A DNA stretch of 64,000 bases from Eukaryota sp. TZLM1-RC (GCA_040285825.1 JAUPSS010000004.1:5485784-5549783), one strand, 5' to 3'. Counted from the first letter of the stretch, positions 11,451 through 25,600 are shown. The notes: generated from the letters alone by a model not told the origin. Numbers and translations: made by a program.

Positions 11451-12149
11451 GCTGCCCTTGCTGAAACAAGTATTCAAAAACGATACAAAGCCTCTTAATG
11501 TAATTCGTGATGTCACTAAGCAACGGTGATTGAAAGAATTGGCCGACATTTATGACGAAATTCATTTTGTCATCCAAGGAATTACACCACCAAAAGCTGA
11601 CTATGTTAGATGTAAAACTTCTCTTTGATTGAGTGCAAAGTATTTTTCCTGAAATGACAACATACAGTAGACAGAATTTTGAGATTGTAAAATGTCCCGC
11701 ATTTGGGTCAAGAATTGTGAAAGTAATGGAAAACCAAGAAACTTAATTGAAACCCAGAGGAAGCAACTTGTTTACGTGGATAACAGAAGGTGTCCCTTGG
11801 TGATTCAACATCTCAGAAGTAATGACGAACCAGATACCGGAGTCAAGAAAAGGATTAAAACAAGCTTTCAAGAGTCGAAGAAGGTGTGGATGGAGACATC
11901 AAGGTCTAAGAATATTGACATGGACTTTATACTAGTTTCAATGTGTTGTTAACGTCACAACGGAATCGGAACTTGTGGTATTAGGAATTAGTGGGGCCAG
12001 TTTATTACACCAATATGGAGATTGCTGAAAAAGAAAGTGTGTTCCGGAACACATTTTAAAACTAAACAACAAACCTAGACTAAAGCTTTTACCTACTCTA
12101 ATTCCATCAATCAATGATGGGAGATTTTTGCTATTCACTTGGATATCAA

Positions 12150-12720
12150 CTAGCTTGTTATAAAACTACGTAATATTATTTAAAATGGAGTTAATATAAC
12201 GTGGAAGAGCTTTCAATACCGAAATCACAATTCTGTTGTTCCAAATAAAGAAGTCAAATATATGACCGCTTTCTTTAAGAGGTTTCCCCAAATCATCCAA
12301 AAAATTAAGATTTTCAGTTCCAAAGGTATCAAAAAAATAGCAATCGGGACAATTTTGATGTTTTTGTCTCTTGATCCATTAAGACGTTGCACAAGGGCTT
12401 CGTAATTTGATTTCTTGGAAAGCTCTGCAACTTTGAATAAATGTTGAACGTCGGAATTGGAATTTTTACATGGAAATACGGTAGTACAATCGATAATTAG
12501 GTTCAGTTCCATCATAGCAAGCACATTATCATAACATTATCACCTCGTTTTTGGCTCAAGCTGAACTTTAATTCATTCTGGATAACTGATCTCTTTTGAG
12601 TGAATTTCTAGCAGGAAATAAGGTGATCAAAAGAACCATAAGCACCACCTTTACATTTCATATTTGACAACCATTGAGGAGGAGGTAGATTAAGTCTAAT
12701 TCGCATCATTGTGAAAAATG
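12150..12720 (-). mobile_element. RLE non-LTR retrotransposon 3' fragment (distinct family)
   Basis: LIIDCTTVFPC...AELSKKSNYE...IVPIAIF endonuclease tail. Confidence 0.6.
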
Positions 12721-12754
12721 GAATATGTGAAAGCAATAATAAATAATTATGGAA

Positions 12755-15290
12755 CATGCACAGTTAATAAAATTAATTCATAACTAATGGGACGAAAATC
12801 ATTGAACCCTCTAAAAAAATTTGATCTGCTTGATGTCTAGCTATTGTTTCTCTTATTCGATTGAAAAACTGATGTCATCTATTGGAATTGGCAAATTGAA
12901 TCTGAGAGCGTCATAAAAAATATCAAATCTTTTCATTGTTTTTCCTAAACCATTTCTTGAAAGTCATTCAAAAAAGGTTTCTGTTTTTACTGGTAGCCTT
13001 CCGTTCATCGAAAATAGGAAAGCAATAAAAACTAGTGGTGTATTTCTGCCAGCATGAGCCTCTTCGATATTTTTGTCATATTTTCTATGTTTTTTTCAGC
13101 TTTAAATTCAAAAGCACCCACAGGATTAAGATTCTTCTGTGAACCAAAGTGTCATTTGCAACATTACATGAGACAAAGTCAACAACAGCTTCAGAGTCAT
13201 CAATCCAATCACAGTATACATCACCTCTATCATCAGAACCAAAATTATTCAATGACAGTGGTTCATTCAGCAGAGGCTCTTTGATACACAAAATTTTTGC
13301 AGTTTGTGCCATATTGAAAACAGTGTCTTTAACAGCATCACGTAATGAAGAACGATAAGTTATCACTTTAGATCAATTCAGAGCCTGGCACAAAGTGAGT
13401 TGAGGTGAGTTCGAACAAATACATTGTTCTTTTTATAATAATTGATTAATGGGGATATTCAAACATAATCTCATTTTTGTTACAAATGCTTCATTAATGG
13501 CACACAATCCAAATCTTCGTGGTACAATGGTTACAAAAAGTGAAAAATCTGATGACTTGTTTTCACAAACACCCTTTTCCAATAACAATGAGTGAAGATC
13601 TTGATTTAAAACAGCCGAGCTGCATATATTACTATAAAGATCTTTTTCATACATTCCAGTCAGTCGTTTCTGTAATGTTCTAAGAGTGTACTTCAAATTT
13701 AAAACATTCTTTTTTGGTATATTGCCATTGAATGATTGGGGAAAGCATCGACTCCATTTTTCTACATCAATTTTTGAAATTTCTTCATTTAATGCAAAAA
13801 CAGTAGAACTTTGCGTTGTCATCAATAAATCTTCCCAATCTGCAAATCTTTCGGAAAACTCAAAGATTGCATTTATGCATCCTCCAACAAAAGCACACGA
13901 GGTAAGAATAGAAGCCTTCGTCCAACCTAAACCGCCATAATGTGGACTTAGATAAGCATGGTCTGGAATTTGGAACATTTTACATCCCAGTAATTGAGAC
14001 AAAACTTTTGCACGTAATTTATTAAACTTCTGAGTCAAAGGCCCAGTGACAAGAGGATTTATAGAACGAAATATATGATTCAAGTAGGAGCTAAAACACG
14101 GTCTTAAAATGGTAAATTTGATATGTTTCTGTATATCTAAAGCCCTCATTCGGTTAATTTTTTCTGAAATTGAGTTCAACATTTCAAACAATCTTTTGGT
14201 AACCCAAACCCAAATGACGAATAGCATAAATTGAATATACTTTGGCTTGAATTTCAATACCATCAACTATTGTAGAAACTGGAGAATTCGATAACAAAAC
14301 ACATTTAAGTAAATTTAGTTGGATGCCAATTTTGGTAAATAGTTCTTTGAAACATACAGTTGCTTTCTTCACAATATTTAAATCGCCTACAAGAACAACA
14401 ACATCCATATATGCAATCTTCAGCTAAGGAAAAATCTCTTGAATTTGTATAAAAATAGGATGAATGGCCAAACAAAAAAAAGAGGTCCTAACAGATCTCC
14501 TTGCTTTACACCACTTGATGAACTCAAAAGGGAATTACTTCAATGTAAATTAGGATTTGTTGAATATGATGATTGGAAATAGGGCATTAATTCTGGCATA
14601 TATTGTAACAAAGCACCATAAATATTGCACCGACTGATTGAATTGAAGGCATTGCTAAAACCCAACGACCTACAAACATTGGACTCATTTTGGCGAAATA
14701 ATACATCTGTAGCAAATATTGCTGAAGAAACTCCATCAGTGGTATTAATTCCATACTGAAAGGGCAATAAAATCGTTTTTGCTTTTTCATTGAATCTGTT
14801 TAAGCAACAAGCAGAAAAAATATTATGTATGCTTTCACAGACCGCAATAAGACGAACATCCATTTTTCATTTCTTGACAAGTGCAGTCAAACGTGAACTT
14901 CTTAATTCTTCATGATACTTATGTTGACCAGTTAAAATTCTATTAAAAAATTTGGTCAATAAAACAAGACAATCCTCTGATTAGATAACTGTGGCTTTGA
15001 TATGATCAATCGAAAGACCAGAAAGCCCAGCAGACTTACAGCGTGGTCGCTTTTTGATCACTGAAAATACTTCAGATGCCATCAATGGATGGCTTTCCCA
15101 ATAATTTCCATAATAAATTTGATCCATTATTGGGTTTTTTAATGAGTGAAGCATTTTCTGTTTATCTACAGTCTGTTGATTATTTAGAGCTTTAGCTCCT
15201 GAACTTAAAGCAGACAGAGCCCTAGACCTTTTGTTATCAAAGCATTTGTCTTCAAAAATTTTGCTCAATTTGTCAGATGACTGTTTTCTC
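12755..15290 (-). mobile_element. RLE non-LTR retrotransposon family A, long decayed copy including RT
   Basis: KSAGLSGL, VRLIAVCE, FQYGI, FSNAFNSISR, GVKQGDLLGP, AYMDV, YLSPHYGGLG, then zinc knuckle and RLE; family-A 3' UTR at about 12755-12810. Confidence 0.85.
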
Positions 15291-15349
15291 GGTCAATTAT
15301 TAGTTAAATCTTCAGAATTATTATTGAAATTTTGTTCAAAAGGAGCACT

Positions 15350-16080
15350 AAAAGAGCAACAGTCCAAAACGGCCAGCAACTTGTGTTATCAAACAAGATG
15401 AACTATTTTGAAAAGGATCATCTTCAATTGTAAACATTTCATCACTTTCCGATCAAAAATTCATGATGCAGTAAGAGATCAACTCTATTGTATGTCAAAA
15501 CTACATAGAATTGTTTCCTATTTAGAACCATTACTCTCCCGTTTGATTGTGATACTCGTTTGATGAAGATACTTTGAATTCTTTTGGTCGAAATAGGGGT
15601 GATTAAATGTTTGAAGGTCTTGAAGGTTTTCCCATCATTACTGATGTGAGATCCACTGATTTGTGTAATGATTCTTTTTGAACAATGGCTCAATCAAAAT
15701 ATAAGAACCCCTTATCTGTTTCCGAAAAAACCAAAATTGACAAATATAAAGCAAAATTGCTATCCTTGAATGCAGAATCGCAAACTCACTATGTGTTTTG
15801 TCCATTTGCATTTACCCTTCATGGCTCGCTTGGACCTCTTGCTTTATCTTTCGTGGACGATTTTTTTGAAACTGTGAAACAACGTACTGGAAGAGTTTTT
15901 GGTAAAACAGAATTGTATTTTTTTGAAAGGTGTTGTTCCCTTATTATCTTCAGCTTTGTTATCTCTTGGACGCCTTTATGAAAAAAAAACTTCCATTCAA
16001 TTCTTCTTGGCTGTTTTGGGTTATAAAGATAAAGAATTTGAATTTTGTCGTATAGTTTTTTCTTGAAATAAATCAAAATT
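15350..16080 (+). mobile_element. RLE non-LTR fragment
   Basis: CKHFITFRSKIHDAVRD; SEKTKIDKY; FCPFAFTLHGSLGP. Confidence 0.7.
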
Positions 16081-16399
16081 TAACAAAAAATTTTGAAAAG
16101 AATTTACACTGTACAAATAACACAAAAATACTTTCAAAGAAAAATAACTGGAGTGTTTAGCCATGCTAATTTGATCGTTCAGTGATTCTGCTTCTAAGTA
16201 ATCAATAATCTTTTTCTGTACTTTAGGAACAGTTCTTAAAAAGTTTGGTAAAGCTTTAGATTCAATCGAGGTAAAATAAACTTTTGCAGAAAATAATGAT
16301 TTCCAGAAGTCATTGGAACAATTTTCTGAAAAAGTTACATAAAAATTTCATTGCAACTGAAGAAGAGTTACACACTAAATAAATTTATTGATGTGTAAA

Positions 16400-16900
16400 C
16401 CTTAAAGCAAGTTCATTCTTGAAGTTCTTGAATCCATTTTAAAACGCAGCACTTGATAAAATCAATGAACGTGTTAAAAAAAATGTGCTCATCACCCAGT
16501 CCGTTTACAACCACTGTTGGATGAATTAAATTTCAGTTTGAGCCAATAACGAGGAGACGTTCAATGTGCTTGGTATGATGGAACTGAACTAATGATCAAT
16601 TGTTCCACCATCTCTCCGTGGAAAAGGAGTTTTAATTCTGCAAGAGACTATTTGAAGCCTTTCCAATTTGGTATTAAAACTATTGAAGGTGCTTCTGTTG
16701 CCTCAATGACTTCAGATGTTTTTTTCAATAGTCAGCAACATAATGATACCGAATTTTCTTGTACAATGCGCCTTCGTTGTTTTGTCTGACCTGATAACTT
16801 TTTTATGTACTGTATTTTTATGCCTAATAACGTGCCTCATAATTTGAATTGTAAATGTGGATCAAAAATTTCTCCAGAATATCTATTCAATTTTTTAATA
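16400..16900 (+). mobile_element. Mosaic of short RT/RLE non-LTR fragments
   Basis: TRGDVQC; FQFGIKTIEGAS; PHNLNCKCG. Confidence 0.55.
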
Positions 16901-16909
16901 ATTTTAATT

Positions 16910-17460
16910 TATTTTCAAAACCTAAATCTAAAAATCAATATCTTCAGAACAAGCTTCCACACCATCAAACTTCACAACAGCAATGTCTCTGTAATGTGCA
17001 CTGACAGACATCAAAGCTTTCGAAATAATTTTTAGGAATTGATTTGAAAATAGTGAAAACAATACGAGTTAACCACAAACGACGATCAAAACGCTTATTT
17101 ATTCTTCTTTTTACGAGGTTATCAAAATCATCAATAAAATTTATGGCAGTTTTTCCAAGACGTCCATAAAACGATATAGCAAATGGGCAAATTTGGTAAT
17201 CTGCATGGCGAACATGTTTCAATTCTTTCAAAGGTTTGCATATTTCTTTCGTTTGTACAATTCTGAATCATCAAAGGGGGATACTTCGGATTGTGAATTT
17301 TTCATGGCATTTTTCTTGCAAACATCCATTGTTACGACATCAACAACATTCAAGACATCATCAAATGAGGACACAACAACATCAACACGTCGTTTTCCAC
17401 ATTCTGAATCTCTTACGTTTTCGTTTATATCAAGAGACCTCAACAATGGTTCTTCAATTC
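16910..17460 (-). mobile_element. RLE non-LTR 3' fragment
   Basis: KRRVDVVV..VDVVTMDVC..ELYKRKKY; CPFAISFYGRLG. Confidence 0.75.
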
Positions 17461-17608
17461 AATTTTGAAAAATCATATTGTTCTGATGTTCAACTTGGCG
17501 GTGTTGGTTTCAATAGAAGCTTGCTCTCTTTACCACAAACTGTTGCAAAAATGCAGAAAAAAGTCTTAAAAATTTCAGAAAACTTGAATTATATTGTACG
17601 TCCTAGCA

Positions 17609-20385
17609 TTATGACATAAATTGAGGACATAAATTATATTGGGCACGAGAATTTTCATTGACAGAAGAAATAATTTTCGTGTATTTAGCAATTCTATATT
17701 TTTCGCCTGCAAGAAGAGAATTATTTACATCCGAATTAATGAGATGTTCATTAGAAGAATAACAAGGGTCAATGAAAATGGCGTCTAAAATAGTAAAACT
17801 ACCATTCAAGCCGGGAACAACCAAATCACCTCTTGTCAGAGCCATACAAGCTCTGTTGTAACGCGTACTATCAATATTGGGTCACCAAAAATTCACTTTG
17901 ATAACAACGGCTCTAAGAAGGAATCTACTCGATATGATTTGCACATTACATAAATTTGGTCTCTAACATTATTATGCACTTTGCTTCTAAATGTAATGAA
18001 ATGTTTACAGTTGAAAAGATGAGTAAACAAAAAAGGTTTACCACATTTACATGTTAAATGATTGGGCAAATTGTTTGGCCTTAGAAAACAACGAAAACGC
18101 ATGTTCAAAAGCCATTCATTGTTTTTTAACAAAAATCCATAAACAAACGGAATTTGAGTTACTAAAGCAGCAGCAGAACTATCACGAATGACTTTTAAAC
18201 GATTACCGAAAGCGGGATTTTCAGTTTTGACCAAGCCAAGTCTTACTTCATAATCCAAGCTTTCATATAATTTACCCAGATGGTGCTGAAGCTTTTTCAA
18301 ACATAAATGTAAATTTGTGAGTGATTTGTTGAAATTTTCTGGATCATTTTGAGGAAAACACTGAATCCAGACATCACTGGGCAAATTATAGAAATATTTA
18401 TTGAATTTGCACACTTAATTAAATTAACTCATAACTGATGGGACGACTATCATTGAACCAAAATTTTCACTACAAAATCTTGATCTGCTTGCTGTCTAGA
18501 TAAAGCTTCTCTTATTCGATTGAAAAACCGAGCTAATCTATTAATAATGGCAAATTGAATCCGTGAACGCCATAAAAAAATGTCAAATATTTTCAGTGTT
18601 TTTTCTTGCACCATTTTTTGGAAGTCATTCAAAAAAGTTTCTGTTTCATCTGATAATCTTCCATTTATCGAAAATGGGAAAGCAATAAAAACCAGCTGTG
18701 TATTTCTATCTGCATTAGCCTCTTCAATATCTTTATCATATTTTCTATGTTTCTCTTTTGCTTTAAAATCAAGAGTAGTCACAGGATTAAGTTCTCTTCT
18801 GTGAACCAAAGTATCATTTGTAACATTACATGAGACAAAGTCAACAATAGGTTCAGAATTATCAATCCAATCACAGTATACATCACTTCTATCATCAGAA
18901 CCAAAATTATTCAGAGAAAGTGTTTCCTTCAGCAGGGGCTCTTCGATACACGATATTCTTGCAGTTTGTGCCATATTGAAAACAGTGTCTTTAACAGCAT
19001 CATGTAATGAAGAACGATAAGTTATCACTTTAGATCAATTCAGAGCATGGCGCAAAGTGAGTTGAGGTGAATTCGAACAAATACATTTTTCTTTTGATAA
19101 TAATTGATTAATGGGGATATTCAAATATAATCTCATTTTTGTTACAAATGCTTCATTAGTGGCACACAATTCAAATCTTCGTGGTACAATGGTTACAAAA
19201 AGTGAAGAATCTGATGACTTACTTTCACAAACACCCTTTTCCAATAACAATGAGTGAAGATCTTGATTTAAAACAGCCGAGCTGCATATATTATTATAAA
19301 GATCATTTTCATACATTCCAAAAAATCGTTTCTGTAATGTTCGAAGAGTGTACTTCAAATTTAAAACATTCTTTTCTGGAATATTGCCTTTGAATGATTG
19401 GGGAAAGCATCGACCCCATTTTTCTGCATCAATTTTTGAAATTTCTTCATTTAATGCAAAAACAGTGGAACTTTGCGCTGCCATCAATAAATCTTCCCAA
19501 TCTGCAAACCTTTAAAGGGCAAATTATCTAATTCAAATTGAAGTTGATGTAAGTAAAAATTTGATTCACCACGGATCAGATGAACACAATAAGGAAACCT
19601 TTTGAAAAATTCAAAAATCAAATTTTTCCACCTTCTAAAAAAAAATTCTTTATATAAAATCGGAAATTTCGTGAAACCAACTAGACCCAATTCAGCAGAA
19701 CAAAAAACATGACTTCGAATCAAAGATTCATTTACCTCCAATAAAGAAGAAAATTTTTTTGACCCGAAGTTTGTTCAAAAATATACAAAAATCAAGAGTT
19801 ACTGAAGGAAAAGTTGACCTTAAAATATGAGTGAATTTTCTGGAATAACAAATTTTTTAAAATGAAAATTTTGATGCGTTTTCCAATGTCGCAGGCAGCA
19901 AAACTAGGATCTTTGTCAAACTTCTCCAATAAATTGTTCAACTGGGAATAAATTTCCACCAAATTACCTAACCAACATCCAAGAAACTTGAACGCTTGTT
20001 GTTCATAATTAATAAAGAGAATTTGAGCACCATCAATCAATAAAAATTGTTTTGTTCTTCCAATCAAGAGACATTTAGCTAATTTCAAGGCTAATCCAAT
20101 GTCTATGTATTTCGCAGCAATGCCTTCAGAAACCCTCCAGATGCTTTCATAAGAACCGATCATAGAAATGTCATCCATATAAGCAACAATACGTAATTCA
20201 AGGAATTCATTCTCGGTCATTTCACTAGTATTATGGATGGCTAAGCAAAAAAGCAATGGACCAAGAGGATCACCTTGTTTGACACCGGATGAAGATTCAA
20301 GAATGAAGGTGTCAAAAATTGAGTCCGACTTTTTTCCATAAAATAAGTCAAAATAAGCTGAAAGTTCTGCAAATTGTTGAAGAAG
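17609..20385 (-). mobile_element. RLE non-LTR retrotransposon family C (RT to RLE), interrupted by a family A copy
   Basis: GVKQGDPLGPLLF and VAYMDD at about 20170-20290; CKCGKP..HLFNC, TRGDLVVPG; reading ELDNLP-SDVWIQ is restored across the insert. Confidence 0.85.
18390..19516 (-). mobile_element. 5'-truncated family A RLE element with 11-bp TSD
   Basis: GGGCAAATTAT at 18379-18389 and 19517-19527; ORFs 19035-19487 and 18450-19028. Confidence 0.9.
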
Positions 20386-20487
20386 GACATCGTAAAAAAA
20401 GATGTCAGTAAAATGATTTTTCTATCAAAAATAGCAACTTTCCATTTCAGGACCTTTACTTAACCACCCAACATTCAATTGAAGGCG

Positions 20488-22160
20488 ATGAGTGAAGGTT
20501 ACGCAAGCGTTCGGTCTTCCTCTGCCCGCAGAATCAATGGTGTTTTTTCTATTTCATGCTCAGTCCGCCTTTTTAGGTTGATCTATAGCTGTTATTCCAG
20601 GTCGAACAGGAATGATTTTCTCAGTATATTGCTGGTCATCATCCAGATCCTACAATTTGGTGGACTTGTAATCAATTCTGCCATTGTTGACTGGCACCCC
20701 ATTTTTTTCGACCCTAGACCATTGTTGAGCTGGATAAATCTTCCCTTTGGTAGTTCTGTCATTGATACATCGCTGATCTCTCCTCTTACCCGTGCTTATG
20801 TTTGTTCTGCAATCATTCTAGCAATCTTCATTTTCGTCGTTGCTGCTGCTGCTTGTTCTTCCCCTCATAGGCTGGTTCTCACTGTTCTTCGTGGTCTGCT
20901 CGATGCCACCCACTCAATATTTTTCATCCCCCTTTCCCTTCCCTTACTGACTGGACTAACTTGCTTTGATAACCCGTCCCTCACACCGTTTCTCTCTTCA
21001 TTCAACACTGCTAACTGCTGGACCATCACCAACTCGATTCAAAAAGCCATTTTCCTAATCTTTATCATTCTCTTCTTTTGTTTTTGCTATATTCTAACTA
21101 TCTCCAGCTTTGACTTTTTGCCTTCATCTAAAAGGGTATGGGCCAGAAGTAACAATAGATTTCACAGATATTTATTTTTATCAAAAGCTGTTTTAATTGC
21201 TGTTTTGGTAATTGTTCCGCATAGAATATTATTATTTCTTTTTTTGTACACAATTTCTACATTTGCAATTCCCTTTTGTTTTTCCTGGTATCTTCCTTTT
21301 TACAAGAAAAGATCTAATATTAAATTCTGCCTAATTTCTGGTATTTTACCTTCTTTTTCTTGTACTTATTTAATTATAAAATTTGTTTTAGATTTAGATT
21401 CAACCAAGAGTGAGATTTACAACCCTATTATTTTTATTTCAATTGCTTCAATATCTTCATTTAATTTTGGTTTTATCTGTTCAAGACGCTGTAGAACTTT
21501 TTACGATCGATTTTTACTCCCTCAACTATCAAAACCCCAATCATTCGGCATTGCTGACGTTTCCCTTGCAGAAACTGATTCCCAGCCTCCGGAAGATTCA
21601 GTTTTAGCATCACTTCCCCAAGCCAAGTACCCTTTTGAAGTGGAGATTCATACAAGATTTCTCTTTCCAAAGCCTCAGTTATCTGAGTACAAGGATGTGG
21701 CTGCTGAGTATTACTCACTTAATCTAAGTAAATTTCATTCTAATGTGGAAATGTTGCTTTTAAATTCTATTTTTGAACTCCATGTCATGGGAAATTTGTT
21801 GTCTGGGGCTGTTATTTGGTCCAAGATAACTGAACTTGATTTAGAACCTTCCATTGCTGAGCGTATTATGATCTTTAATATTGAGCGTCAGTCAGAAGAC
21901 GTCAGAAGAAACAGAAACTTTGGCGACACGACAATCGACTCCAACTCCCTTCTCAATTTACAATCATCGATCAATGAATTAAATGACCTTCAAGATCAAT
22001 GTTTGGAAAGTTTGTTTATGTTTTGGTCCATTCTTTCTGATGAAAACCCTAGCTTAAAGGTTCTTCCCCATATAACTGAAGCATTTAGGCAGGCTAAATC
22101 AAAAGCAGAGGGGTTATTTACAAAGTTATCCACTGCTTATCCTGATAATAAAGAAGTTAT
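20488..22160 (+). CDS. TmcB/TmcC-like multi-pass membrane protein, N-terminal part
   Basis: Many TM helices, WARSNNRF, YLPFYKKRSN, FMFWSIL...YPDNKEVI helical repeat typical of the protist TmcB/C family; first ATG 20488. Confidence 0.7.
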
Positions 22161-22178
22161 TAAGAAATTATAATAAAA

Positions 22179-22499
22179 ATGATTTTTTTTAACATAATGT
22201 CGTGTGAAATTTGTATTCAAAATTACACAAAAACTAGAAAAGAAATACAATGTTTTTGTGGGTTTTCATGTTGTATTGATTGTTTAAAAAGATATGCAAA
22301 ATCACAAATCAAATTAGTTTGTATGTTTTGTAAAAATGAATGGACATCAATATTCATTGAATCAAAATTGGGTAGTTTATTTTTGAGAAAAATTGTGAAA
22401 AATCAAATTGAATATGAATTTGAATTTAGTAAAAACAATTATTACCAAGATTTGCATTACTCATTGCAAATGAACATAAAATATCAGATTATCAAATAA
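22179..22499 (+). CDS. AT-rich inserted ORF with RING-type Cys cluster, resembling giant-virus RING/IBR-type proteins
   Basis: CEIC-x12-CFCGFSCCIDC-x12-CMFCKNEW; composition much more AT-rich than the flanking gene. Confidence 0.6.
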   Translation: MIFFNIMSCEICIQNYTKTRKEIQCFCGFSCCIDCLKRYAKSQIKLVCMFCKNEWTSIFIESKLGSLFLRKIVKNQIEYEFEFSKNNYYQDLHYSLQMNIKYQIIK

Positions 22500-22654
22500 A
22501 GTCTAATGACATAATAAACAAATCAAATCATTTAAACAAAAATCTATTAAATTTAGAAAAAATTATTTTCGATTATACGATTGATATAAACACTCGTTAT
22601 GAGTACTTATTACAACATGATGAAATTAAAAAAGAAATGGATGAAAACAAAAAT

Positions 22655-25600
22655 GTTTTAAGGGATGATGAAGGTGCTAATCTTTTAAATGAGCAATTAG
22701 AAAATTTGAGTAATGCTTCATCAGATCATAATTCATCACGTGGGTCTTCAGGAATCATGTCAACTCGATCTCTACGAAAACGTAAAAGAAAACGAAGTAG
22801 TGTTAGGGCCAAAATTTCAAGTTTAGCTAGTCAGTATGACAATGACGAGAAGAGCTCAGTTCAAGTGTTGTCCAAAGCTATTTATATCGCCTTATTTTCA
22901 TTGTTGGGGATATCTTTTTTCTGTTGGGGTCATTTCGAGTTTTCTTTATCTCAATTTAAAAATGATATTATACTTGTCTTGGAGTCAAGTAATATTGCAG
23001 TAATTGGTAACCAATTGGCTGTCTTAATGCGTGAGTTTCATGAAAGTCTTAGTAATTCACTTGAATTAATCCTGAAAAGCCAGGAAAAACTACTGGAATC
23101 AGCCGATTTATTGAGTTATTATTCGCGGAATACTTTCATTGGAAGTTCTGGTTTTTCTGATGATTACCAATCAGTTGTAGTTAGAAAACCTTCAAATTCT
23201 GACGTAGTTGCCTCATTTAGAACCCCTTCGTTTCTGACTTCTTCCCGAAAAAACACAGTACCTCCAACTACTACAGGAATTGTTTATTCGTTTTGGGAAT
23301 TAATTCTTCATTTGTCGTCTTCTGCTGCAAAATTTGGTAATAACCTATTTAATTTAAATCCAATTGAGACTATTTCTTTTTTTAGAGACGTTACTGATAA
23401 TAGAAATACTTTTAATCTTGCCCATTTTCAATTCAAAACAGCTCTTTTAACCTCCACTCAGGAAATGATATTTACAAATAGAATTATTTTTATAGCCGCT
23501 CTTTTATTATCTATTGCAGTTGTTGTTGTTATTGCAGTTTTTCTGTTGGCAAAAGGTTTGGAATTTTTTAAAAGAGAACGAGTTGAGGTACTGAATCTTT
23601 TTCTATGGCTTCCAAAGTCTTCAATTAATAATATATTGGATGAACCTAAATTTTCAAAATTTAGACGAAGTAAACGTCATTTTTTTGCAGATCATGTTAT
23701 TACTGAGGAGACAGAAGTAGATTTTGAAGCCTCTTCTCCCACTGGTGGTCAAGATAATTTTTCTATTTCAATACCTGTTTCAGAACAAAATGATTCCACT
23801 TTTACTGATTTTAATGATGAAAAAAATTCTATTGGTTGGGTCATCTGGTTGTTTTCTTTTGTATTAATTGGAGTAATTTTGGTGATCAGTGCCTTCTACT
23901 TTAGTCACTTTGCACTGCTAAATAGACAAGAATTTAGAACAATCGAGGGTAATATTTTTAGACTGCAATCTCTTACCATTCAGATGACCACCCTTGACTT
24001 TATTGGAGTTTCACGAACCATGAGTTTTATAGCAACTGGGGAGTTGTCTTTTTATAGAGATTATTGGAACTTTTTAAGTTCTGGTCAACGGGAAAATCAT
24101 TTAATGAATCTTTTAAATTATGGCTTATCAGATAACCAAATGGAAAGAATTTCTGATACTAATAATATTAAAGAAAAATTAGTTTATTTAGAAACAGTTG
24201 CTCAATATTTGGCAGTTCAAGCTCATCAAATTGATTGGTCTTCAGTTTTCCATATTTCTGATTTTATTTATGACCTTAAATCAGAAAATGATGGACGTGC
24301 AGATGTTGTACGTTATAGTCACTTGAGTTGGTGGTATTCTAACAACAGCTTTGATTCAAGCTTGAATCGTCATGAACAAATGAGCATTGCCGCTGCAGTT
24401 GTTACAAACGACAGGTTCATGGATCTACTTAACCAAAATAATAGAATTATTCAATCCACAATAGCGGAAGTGAGATCATCACAGGATATTTTTTTGCTTG
24501 AATCAAACAGTTCTCTATTATCAATTCTTTTCTTTGAAGGTGTATTTGTTTTGATAGTAATTGGATTTATCATTATTTTAGTTAAAACAAAAAAGAAAAT
24601 GCCTGTTTTCCGACATTCAAGTAAGGTTGTCCACTCTTGCTTGATTCTCTCCATTTTTTGTTTAGTTGTTAGTTTCGTTGTTCTAATTTTTTCTTTTATG
24701 GCTCTCCGTTCCTATTACGCCAATATTTATGAATCTGTTTTTTATTTTGATGATTTGATTGACCTGGACACCACTTCTACTAACATTAGATTTTATGCAG
24801 AAAAATTCGTTTTGTCTCATGAAATTAACGATTATTTTAAATATTGGAAACTTCGAAAAGAATTTAACCAAACTGTTTCCAAAATTAGCACCTCTCAATG
24901 CAGTTTACCACTTAATCTATGTGAAAAACGAGCTTTATTTATCAAAAGTTTAGAAAACAAAGTAGTCTCGTTATTCAATCAACACTTACTCACTTTTTCT
25001 CTTATTTCAAATAGCAAAAACTATCAATCGGTGACTAGTGAACTTGATGGTCATTCTTGGAATGTTGAAGATGATCAAAATTACGAATTAATCGCTATCA
25101 ATAATCGAAATACCCCACTTTCTCGAAGGTACACAAACTCCACGTTTGACTTGAATAGAGATCCAGAAGATCAAATACAATTGGCGATCAACTTGCAATT
25201 CGGCAATCAAATGCTCCAAACATTGATTGATATTTACAGGAATGTTATTGAGGCGAATCGAAATGTGTTTATGGACAGTGGAATGCTATTGGGACGGGAA
25301 CGTGTGGAATTCTTTACAAATTTATTAAGTATCCGAACCTATTTGTTTATTTTGGTGTTTTTCATTCTTTTTATCAATTTTTTCATTGCTTATTCTTCAA
25401 CAAGAGTTATTAAGAAGCCAAAACCACATGTTCGACAACATATTGAAGTTCCTTTGATTAAACAATTTACTAAGAGATTTCAGATTTCTTTTGCTACTGT
25501 TTTGGGTTTTTTTGTCTTGTTTACTGTTTTTTCCCTTTACACGTTTACTTCTGTAAGTAGTTTTCCCAAGGAGCTGTCTGTTGTGTCAACCAGATCTTCA

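Noticed and set aside
11686-12009. Possible solo LTR (TGTAAAA...TATTACA)
   Set aside because: No matching TSD and no second copy in the window
22156-22662. The AT-rich insert as a GT-AG intron
   Set aside because: GTTATT...TTTAAG splicing gives an immediate TGA, and no CTAAC branch site like the ALG7 intron is seen
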